From Myxococcota bacterium (GTDB taxonomy: Bacteria; Myxococcota; SpSt-1050), in the NCBI GenBank assembly GCA_049969675.1, contig JBMFOP010000040.1, forward strand, positions 1 through 14,404: a stretch of DNA of 14,404 nt. Reading direction: 5' to 3'. The notes beneath the pieces are model-generated. The model worked only from the letters and a program-made list of their open reading frames with translations, was not told the DNA's origin and made no database searches. Below, piece after piece: positions 1-9,855 of this stretch. Both the position numbers and the translations under genes were made by a program. Numbering within the stretch: position 1 is the first letter of the stretch; each line of letters begins with the position of its first letter.

Positions 1-8
1 GTTGTGTT

Positions 9-68
9 TTTCATCAACCACAAGGTGGTTTGTTTCACCAACCACAAAGTGGTTTGTTTCACCAACCA
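9..68. repeat. 24-bp tandem repeat, about 2.5 copies (TTTCA[T/C]CAACCACAA[G/A]GTGGTTTG), each full unit with an internal AACCAC-N3-GTGGTT palindrome; may continue beyond the left edge
   Basis: Units at 9-32 (tttcatcaaccacaaggtggtttg) and 33-56 (tttcaccaaccacaaagtggtttg), plus a partial unit at 57-68 (tttcaccaacca). There are no unique spacers. Confidence 0.85.
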
Positions 69-268
69 GAGCTTTTCTTATTACAATTAAAAAAATTGTT
101 CTACGCAATCATAGATTTGTCCAGAGATACCGCTCATAGGTAGTCTCCTTTCAGAGTCTTTATTTGAAAAAACAATCCAACCCTCCTAATGCTTCCATAT
201 CAAAAAGAGAAAAATTATTTTGGACAGGTATGAGAAAATCTAAAATTTGATAGATCTGGATTCCAATT

Positions 269-781
269 TTATGCCTTTGGGGTATCTATATTTACCTTTA
301 CAACCGGACTGGTAGTGTGTGCAGATGCCTGTTTTGAAAGATTTATTGATTTATCTGTCTTGCAGTTCCCTTCATAGAGCACGCCAGATTCAATCATCAG
401 ATTGCCAGTGACTATATTACCCTTTACCTTTGCTGGCGAATGCAATTCGCACGACTTCTGTGCCACGATATTACCATTTATCTCACCATAGACGGAGATA
501 GAACCGACTGATATCTCAGCCTGAATATGTGCGCCCTCCCCTACAATTAGAGTATCCTCGCTAAAGATCTCCCCTATAAAATCTCCCTCAATCCTCACAG
601 TCCCTTCAAATGTAAGTTTACCTTCAAACTTTGAACCCTTCCCTAAAATGGCATTCAGACTGGTTGGGTCCTTTATAACCTCATCTCTCTTCCCAAGTGG
701 CATCTTTATCTCCTTTTTAATATTTGTTGTCTCTTCATAACTCTCAAAACTATCTTTTGAATCCTTTTTTGAAAAGATCAT
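269..781 (-). CDS. bacM: Bactofilin (polymer-forming cytoskeletal protein, DUF583/CcmA family), BacM-like
   Basis: The beta-helix core NAILGKGSKFEGKLTFEGTVRIEGDFIGEI...LIVGEGAHIQAEI...VYGEINGNI...AKVKGNIVTGNLMIESGVLYEGNC is typical of bactofilins. It lies directly downstream of parB, as bacM does in Myxococcus xanthus. The start is placed at ATG 781 (GAGGTG SD 6 nt upstream) rather than the ORF-track GTG at 790. A second SD-led ATG lies at 703. The family call is firm; the gene symbol is inferred. Confidence 0.9.
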   Translation of the reverse strand: MIFSKKDSKDSFESYEETTNIKKEIKMPLGKRDEVIKDPTSLNAILGKGSKFEGKLTFEGTVRIEGDFIGEIFSEDTLIVGEGAHIQAEISVGSISVYGEINGNIVAQKSCELHSPAKVKGNIVTGNLMIESGVLYEGNCKTDKSINLSKQASAHTTSPVVKVNIDTPKA

Positions 782-786
782 CTCAA

Positions 787-1620
787 TCACCTCAAAAGTA
801 AATCAATTATTCTCTTGAGCTCCTCCTCCGAGGAGAAACTTATAGTGATGCTCCCGCTCTTGTTCCTCCTGATTCCTATCTCTACTTTCGCCCTATAATA
901 CTTTGTAAGTCGCTCCTCAAGGCTATTGATATAAGGTGGGAGCCCATCCCTGTACCTACTGACCTTTGTCGCCTTCTGCTCCACATCTCTGACATTGAGC
1001 CGTTCCTTTAATATCTGAGAGAGGAGTTTTTGCATCTCCATCTCATCCTTTGCCATAAGCAGTGCCCTTGCGTGACCCTCTGTGATCTCACCACTTCTAA
1101 TCTTCTCCTTGATATTATCTGGAAGTCTTAAGAGCCTCAATATATTAGCAATGGCGGGTCTGCTCTTTCCTATCTTTCTGGAGAGATCCTCCTGTGTAAG
1201 ATTAAACTTCTCAAGCATATATTGATATGCCTCTGCCTCTTCTATAGGATTTAAGTCCTTTCTATGAATATTCTCAATTACCGCAGTCTCAAGTGCCTCC
1301 CTGTCGTCAAGGGAGACAATCATTATGGGGACCTCTTTTAATCCAGCCTTCATCGCTGCCCTGAATCTCCTCTCCCCAAAGACTATCTCAAATCTATCTC
1401 CAGATGGTCTTACAAGAATAGGCTGCAACACACCCTTCTCCTTGATTGACTGGGCGAGCTCTTCAATGGATTCTTCATCAAAATTTTTTCGAGGCTGATT
1501 TGAGTTGGGCTTAATAAATTCAATGGGCTTATAGATTATCTCTCTTCTAAGAGCGGTCTCCTGAGGTTTTGAGCCAAGAAGTGCATCAAGCCCTTTTCCA
1601 AGTACCTTCTTCCCCTGCAT
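787..1620 (-). CDS. parB: Chromosome partitioning protein ParB (Spo0J-type CTPase)
   Basis: N-terminal KKVLGKGLDALL ParA-interacting peptide, NQPRKNFD, GVLQPILVR, GERRFRA (CTP-binding arginine patch), ENIHRKDLNPIEEA, HTH TQEDLSRKIGKSRPAIANILRLL, and GHARALL. Start at ATG 1620; TTG 1626 is an alternative. Confidence 0.96.
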   Translation of the reverse strand: MQGKKVLGKGLDALLGSKPQETALRREIIYKPIEFIKPNSNQPRKNFDEESIEELAQSIKEKGVLQPILVRPSGDRFEIVFGERRFRAAMKAGLKEVPIMIVSLDDREALETAVIENIHRKDLNPIEEAEAYQYMLEKFNLTQEDLSRKIGKSRPAIANILRLLRLPDNIKEKIRSGEITEGHARALLMAKDEMEMQKLLSQILKERLNVRDVEQKATKVSRYRDGLPPYINSLEERLTKYYRAKVEIGIRRNKSGSITISFSSEEELKRIIDLLLR

Positions 1621-1629
1621 AGCCAATAA

Positions 1630-1812
1630 TTACTCTTCCCTGTAAAAGATAGTTATAGTGAGGCAGTGAAATTCATTGTCAGAACTCTGAGTAACCACCT
1701 TATCTACAACTTTGATTCTGGGATTCTCCTTGAGCCACTTTGTAATGGTCTCACCCAATTCCTCTCTTTCTTTTGCCTTTGTGGCTGTAAAGATCTTAAC
1801 TCCATTAAACAT
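1630..1812 (-). CDS. Small 60-aa hypothetical protein, pattern resembles Cse60/DUF2758-like beta-alpha-beta-beta proteins
   Basis: Strong SD (GAGGAGGT) about 9 nt upstream of ATG 1812. It packs tightly against parB. The pattern VKIF...ELGETITKWLKENPRIKVVD...HCLTITIFY is protein-like. Confidence 0.85.
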   Translation of the reverse strand: MFNGVKIFTATKAKEREELGETITKWLKENPRIKVVDKVVTQSSDNEFHCLTITIFYREE

Positions 1813-1919
1813 CTCTTAAAAACCTCCTCAAATGGTTTCTTCAGGAAAGAACCTCATCCTTATGAATGTTGTTATATAATACTTTTTGTTCGTTATGTAA
1901 ACAGTAAAAAGTAGAGTCA

Positions 1920-2966
1920 TTATATCACCCCAACGGCGTCCCTCGTGGACTCCTTAATCTTATACATAGCAGAATCCGCAATGGCAATTAAAGTATTTCT
2001 ATCCCTTGCATCATCTGGAATCGTAGCGACTCCATAACTTGCCTTTATCTGAAGGTTCAATCCCATATCATTTAGGAATCTGTGCTCTAAAATAAGCCCC
2101 CTCATCCTCTTTGCAAATTCATAAGCCTCTGACTTGGTGGTAGATGGCAGAATAATCACAAACTCATCACCGCCGTATCTTATAGGTACATCTGTGGGTC
2201 TTATAATCTTTTTGATAAAATAACCAACCTCACGCAATATTGCACTCCCACACATATGTCCATAAGTATCATTTACCTTCTTAAAGTGATCTAAATCAAA
2301 GAATATAAGAGATAATGAGCCTTTTGAACGTAATGTGTTCTCTACCTCCTTATTCAGAAATTCATACATATACCTCACATTATATAAGGAGGTGTGGTCA
2401 TCTGTAACCACCAGCTCATTTACTCTCTTAAAGTTTCTGGCATTGTCAATGGCAATCGCTGTAAAATCGGCAATCATCTTCAGCAATTTCATATCAAATT
2501 CTGTGAATCTCCCCTCCTCTATCTTATTTACAAGCTCAATAACTCCAAGCACCTTACCTTTGTTAATAAGAGGGACACAAATAATAGACCTCGTCTCAAA
2601 GTTGGATTCACTATCAAATCTGGCGCAAAATCTCTTATCCTCTCTCACATTTGATATCAACTCTGCCCTTCCAGTCCTGGCAACCCATCCCGCCACACCT
2701 TCCCCAAGCGGCAACTCCTTCCCTCTCAACAGATCTGCTGCATCACCAACGGTTATCTCAAACCTGAGTGTCTGTCTCTCCTCATCCAGCAGAAGCAACG
2801 ACCAGTTCTTTGCCTTCAAAAACTGCCCAACCTTCACCATAAGGATCTTTAAGACCTCTGAAATATCAATACTACTTGTCAATGTCTTACTTATATCATT
2901 TAGCAATTCTATCTCTGAACGTAGCTGCTCAAGTTCGCCATTTACTCTTACATCGTGTTGATTCAT
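1920..2966 (-). CDS. GAF-domain diguanylate cyclase (GAF + GGDEF)
   Basis: GAF motifs WSLLLLDE, LPLGEGVAGWVARTG, RSIICVPLINKGKVLGVIELVNK and AIAIDNA. The GGDEF domain has DLDHFKKVNDTYGH, an intact RYGGDEF, an RxxD I-site (RPTD) 5 residues before GGDEF, and the terminal ADSAMYKIK. Confidence 0.95.
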   Translation of the reverse strand: MNQHDVRVNGELEQLRSEIELLNDISKTLTSSIDISEVLKILMVKVGQFLKAKNWSLLLLDEERQTLRFEITVGDAADLLRGKELPLGEGVAGWVARTGRAELISNVREDKRFCARFDSESNFETRSIICVPLINKGKVLGVIELVNKIEEGRFTEFDMKLLKMIADFTAIAIDNARNFKRVNELVVTDDHTSLYNVRYMYEFLNKEVENTLRSKGSLSLIFFDLDHFKKVNDTYGHMCGSAILREVGYFIKKIIRPTDVPIRYGGDEFVIILPSTTKSEAYEFAKRMRGLILEHRFLNDMGLNLQIKASYGVATIPDDARDRNTLIAIADSAMYKIKESTRDAVGVI

Positions 2967-2971
2967 ATAAT

Positions 2972-4123
2972 CTACTCCAGAATATTACACCCACAACCAC
3001 CATTCTCCTCTCCATTTACATCAGCAGAGTCTGAGATAGAGGTATCAACATTCGATTGAACATCACTCTGAATATCTATACCTGCATCAAGCTCACTCCT
3101 CTTTTCATAGTAAAAAGGGGCTGTCCAGATTTTAATCACATCATTCATCTTAATCCTGAGATAGTACCACCTGTTGGTTTCAGAAAAATTCAGGTCAAAT
3201 TTCATCACCTCACCTTTTTTGATATCCGTTAATGTCTTCAATACTCTACCCTGTGCAGTTATTATATCCACAGAGGTAAAGAGATCATCCTCATCAGGGT
3301 CAGATAAAAGGAGTTCACAGATTACATCCTCTTTATTAAATATAGTCTCACCAGCCCACTTACCATCACATTGCCATTTAACTACTGCATTCTTATCACA
3401 GGTGGAATATGTCCTCCCCTTTCTCAACCCATCAATCAGTGCATCTCTTGAAAGTTCTGATAGCCAGACCGCTGCCCTGCAATCATTTTGCGTTCCCCAA
3501 TCGGGATTGTGATTGTCCTGATTATATACTGGAGAGAGATGCCAGCCTTTATCCAGCGCCTGAATATACGAGAGTTCCTGTCTATCACCGCTATCATACG
3601 CAGATTTTACTTCAATGAGTGATATTATCTCATCTATTTCTTTTTTGTATTCATACTGATGGTAATTATACATAGGTAAGTCTGGATTGTAATCGGGATG
3701 ATTAAACTGCATAAATGCTGGTGGATATCTCAATAATTCATTGTAGAACTTGTTGATATGGTCGTTGATATAGCAATCAATTGAGTAAAAATGCCCTGTC
3801 AAAAACATATTGCTGTGATTGTAGATTGGGGAGCCCCATTCAAAACCCCAGAGAGTCTCAAATACCCCTGCAACCCTCGTAGAGTCCGCGGCGTTCTTCA
3901 TCTCATTCAGTTTCTCCTCAGTCAGCTGCTCCATATGGTCACTAAGAGAAAAGAAATCCAATTTTGCAACATCTCGTGCATAGGTATAAGCTTCAAGTGC
4001 CGTCCCCTTTCCATCAGATAGGCTACAATGTGCGTGAATATTCCCAAAATAAACCTTGTATTCCCCTGCATACAGTAATGAAGAGTATAAGACATACATA
4101 AACATTATAAATATCTTTTTCAA
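2972..4123 (-). CDS. Secreted PHP-domain metallohydrolase (CehA/McbA-like) with acidic linker and Cys-containing C-terminal tail
   Basis: TTG start with AAGGAGG SD and a signal-peptide-like N-terminus (MKKIFIMFMYVLYSSLLYA). PHP motifs GNIHAHCSLSDG, LDFFSLSDH, GFEW, QFNHP and NQDNH. Ends ...GEENGGCGCNILE. Confidence 0.85.
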   Translation of the reverse strand: MKKIFIMFMYVLYSSLLYAGEYKVYFGNIHAHCSLSDGKGTALEAYTYARDVAKLDFFSLSDHMEQLTEEKLNEMKNAADSTRVAGVFETLWGFEWGSPIYNHSNMFLTGHFYSIDCYINDHINKFYNELLRYPPAFMQFNHPDYNPDLPMYNYHQYEYKKEIDEIISLIEVKSAYDSGDRQELSYIQALDKGWHLSPVYNQDNHNPDWGTQNDCRAAVWLSELSRDALIDGLRKGRTYSTCDKNAVVKWQCDGKWAGETIFNKEDVICELLLSDPDEDDLFTSVDIITAQGRVLKTLTDIKKGEVMKFDLNFSETNRWYYLRIKMNDVIKIWTAPFYYEKRSELDAGIDIQSDVQSNVDTSISDSADVNGEENGGCGCNILE

Positions 4124-4150
4124 AATCTCCTCCTTAAAAAACTGGTAAAG

Positions 4151-4179
4151 ATGGTATTCTATTTTTATGTATTTGTAAA
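4151..4179 (-). promoter_or_regulatory. Possible sigma70-type promoter for the PHP hydrolase/GGDEF genes
   Basis: The minus strand reads TTTACA (4179-4174)-N17-TACCAT (4156-4151) in the 62-bp gap upstream of the SD. Confidence 0.35.
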
Positions 4180-4185
4180 GATTGA

Positions 4186-5685
4186 TTAGAGATTGTCCAC
4201 AGATATTCTGAATAGAAGAAGGTCTGTGCCATCAAAGGGGCTATAGTCATTTGTAAAAGCATCACCTGCAAATAGATGTCCATACTCCACTCTCGATTTT
4301 AATTTAAAGTAACGATTCTGATACCACTCCCTTTCAATACCAACATCTATCTCTGTACCCAGAAGCCTTGAACTCTGAATTGAATTATAGAAGTTTCTAT
4401 CCTGATGTGCCACATACGAAAAATATGGGTCTATTATGCCCTTATCAACCCCTGCCAGAATAACCGAGAGGTCAACTCTCAATAGACTTGCAAAGGAGTA
4501 AGAGAGATTTATTGAAGTAAAAATACTATTTGAAATAGAGCCATAGCTCTCCACACCTTCAAAGAAAGTATGATTCTCTTCAAATAGCAGATTATAACTC
4601 CTCAGGTTAGAGGAGGCTGAGGCAAAGCCATATAATTCAGAGAAGAGAATGAGCCCCTCTTTAAAATCTGAACTGAATCTAAATCTTGAATCTATTCCAT
4701 CAAAAGGGTTGTCATCTCCACTCGCATAACCTATATCCAGATAAAGAAGATACTCCTTATCTCTAATCCCGGTCCGCATAATAATTCCATAGGACTGGAT
4801 ATCGTAGTCATAATCACTCCCCCCTAACTTTCTCTCTCCATCTCCATAGATAAATGCCCCCTCAAAATAGAAGAAGATATTTGGAGCAGCAATCTCCCCT
4901 CTCAGATAGTGCTCTTTTTTAAAATATATATCAAAGACATTTAGTACTGTCTTTTCACCATATCTGCTCTTCTGACTTCTGTATCCATAATAAATGCCCG
5001 TCTGAAATCCATCTCTAAGGTTCATTCCGCTCTCCGAATCATATTCCAAGGAGGTATAGAGATGAAATCCACTATCTCCATAATAGATACTGGCAAAGTT
5101 ATCTCTTATCAGATAACCATAACCTAAATTAAAAAGCAATTTTTCTGAGAAAGATTTATCGGTAATAAAGAAGAGGGGCGGTATGGATATAAATAGACCT
5201 GCCACGGTATCTCCCGCATAATTCTCTCCGAATAACCCCTTCTCTTTGCCATCATTAATAAGCATCCCAATACCCCAGTGCAACAATTTCTGTCCCAGGA
5301 TAAAATTATACCTATTGTGGGCGTACTGTAGATATATCTCTCTTGTAAATAGTCTATCTATCGCCCAGCCATATTTGTGATTTCTGGATATTCTGGAATA
5401 ATTTGCACTACCAGAAGTAAGGTCTCCATCTATAATTCCACCGACATCAAACTCCGTTGTTACACTCACATCGCCGCAATAAAGATTTGATGCAAATATA
5501 AGTCTCTGTTCTACAAAGAATCTCTGATTGAGATACTCAAATGGACCTATCGGTATATCACCGAGATTCTTAAATATCAGTCTATATTCAAATGGCATAG
5601 AAAAATCGTAGTCATCCTCGCTCACACTTGACAAATCACCACCACCAAGCATCAATATGAGTGCAGCACATAATACCAGACTCAT
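4186..5685 (-). CDS. Probable outer-membrane beta-barrel protein (alginate-export-like), function unknown
   Basis: Hydrophobic N-terminus and Tyr/Phe/Gly-rich alternating beta-strand patterns (REIYLQY, FILGQKLLHWGIG, YLDIGYASGDDNP, LGTEIDVGI, VEYGHLFAGDAF), with terminal strand LLLFRISV. Starts 4 nt after the ligA stop. Confidence 0.65.
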   Translation of the reverse strand: MSLVLCAALILMLGGGDLSSVSEDDYDFSMPFEYRLIFKNLGDIPIGPFEYLNQRFFVEQRLIFASNLYCGDVSVTTEFDVGGIIDGDLTSGSANYSRISRNHKYGWAIDRLFTREIYLQYAHNRYNFILGQKLLHWGIGMLINDGKEKGLFGENYAGDTVAGLFISIPPLFFITDKSFSEKLLFNLGYGYLIRDNFASIYYGDSGFHLYTSLEYDSESGMNLRDGFQTGIYYGYRSQKSRYGEKTVLNVFDIYFKKEHYLRGEIAAPNIFFYFEGAFIYGDGERKLGGSDYDYDIQSYGIIMRTGIRDKEYLLYLDIGYASGDDNPFDGIDSRFRFSSDFKEGLILFSELYGFASASSNLRSYNLLFEENHTFFEGVESYGSISNSIFTSINLSYSFASLLRVDLSVILAGVDKGIIDPYFSYVAHQDRNFYNSIQSSRLLGTEIDVGIEREWYQNRYFKLKSRVEYGHLFAGDAFTNDYSPFDGTDLLLFRISVDNL

Positions 5686-5689
5686 AATC

Positions 5690-9098
<3,409 letters not shown>

Positions 9099-9186
9099 TA
9101 GAGCCTCTCCTAAATCAGATAAAATAAATTAGTGACCAATGCAAAAAATATCTCTTACAGACCTTATAAAATTCTGATGGTATAGT

Positions 9187-9214
9187 AATATAAACTTATA
9201 CCTGATAAAGTCAA
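9187..9214 (-). promoter_or_regulatory. Possible sigma70-type promoter for the transporter-ligA unit
   Basis: The minus strand reads TTGACT (9214-9209)-N16-TATATT (9192-9187), about 90 bp upstream of the transporter ATG. Confidence 0.35.
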
Positions 9215-9411
9215 GTTTTATTAAAACAGAGCAGGTAGGCCATATTAACTGGTAAAATTCTTCATATTCCTAATTTCACAAAGTTGATTTTCTGAATCAC
9301 TTAATTCCTCAGTAATAACATCTCTATAGAATGAGGCTCATATTCATCAGGAGGATATTTATTGTATGCACAACATATGAGGTCATTGTAAGATTTGAAT
9401 ATAAAAATCAT

Positions 9412-9440
9412 TTGACAGATATAAAAAAAAATCATATCAG
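9412..9440 (+). promoter_or_regulatory. Probable promoter of the tRNA pair
   Basis: Perfect TTGACA at 9412-9417 and a 17-bp A-rich spacer, then an imperfect -10 (TATCAG) 14 nt before tRNA-Arg. Confidence 0.4.
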
Positions 9441-9454
9441 TAATTCCCCTATTT

Positions 9455-9527
9455 GGGCCAGTAGCTCAATGGATAGAGCAACGGCCTTCTAAGCCGTAGG
9501 TTGGGGGTTCGAGTCCCTCCTGGCTCG
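9455..9527 (+). tRNA. tRNA-Arg (anticodon TCT)
   Basis: Acceptor GGGCCAG/CTGGCTC, D arm GCTCAATGGATAGAGC, anticodon arm ACGGC-CTTCTAA-GCCGT, T arm GGGGG-TTCGAGT-CCCTC, discriminator G. CCA is not encoded. Confidence 0.97.
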
Positions 9528-9534
9528 CTCTTGT

Positions 9535-9610
9535 GGTGAGTGTAGCTCAATCTGGTTAGAGCACCGGACTGTGGCTCCGGTTGTTGGGGGTTCAAGTCCC
9601 CTCACTCACC
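9535..9610 (+). tRNA. tRNA-His (anticodon GTG), with encoded G-1
   Basis: G-1 at 9535 pairs with discriminator C9610. Acceptor GTGAGTG/CACTCAC, anticodon arm CCGGA-CTGTGGC-TCCGG, T arm GGGGG-TTCAAGT-CCCCT. Confidence 0.97.
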
Positions 9611-9695
9611 CATTCTTCATCTTATACAATACTTTTTAATTCCCTTTTTATCAACAGATAATTTCCTCCTTCCTGAAGACCTTCAATTTCATTGA

Positions 9696-9750
9696 AATAT
9701 CTCTTAAATTGGTCTTTTGGAGAGGATACCGCAAGACCTTATGAGATATT
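9696..9750. other. Long imperfect stem-loop between the convergent tRNA pair and the galK-uridylyltransferase unit
   Basis: AATATCTCTTAA (9696-9707) pairs with TTATGAGATATT (9739-9750) with one mismatch. GGTCTT (9711-9716) pairs with AAGACC (9733-9738). An inner GG/CC closes an 8-nt loop. Confidence 0.45.
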
Positions 9751-9855
9751 GGTAACAGAGAATTTTAAGGAGAATGTAGAGCCCGTAGTGATAAAATTTC
9801 ATAAATTAGATGAAAATCTATTTGGTGGAATCGGCAAGGGATATAAGGTAATATA

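Noticed and set aside
9..68. CRISPR array interpretation of the left-edge repeats
   Set aside because: The units are head-to-tail with no unique spacers, and no cas genes are in the window.
31..70. Complete parS sites
   Set aside because: Only the TGTTTCAC half matches. The following 8 nt (CAACCACA, CAACCAGA) do not resemble GTGAAACA. I saw no full parS palindrome in the window.
1666..3618. Plus-strand ORFs 1666-1914, 2335-2961, 2394-2654, 3174-3512 and 3409-3618
   Set aside because: They are antisense shadows of well-supported minus-strand genes, with Ser/Leu-rich composition and no motifs.
9528..9855. Integrated element at tRNA-Arg or tRNA-His
   Set aside because: There is no integrase and no duplicated tRNA 3' end within the window.
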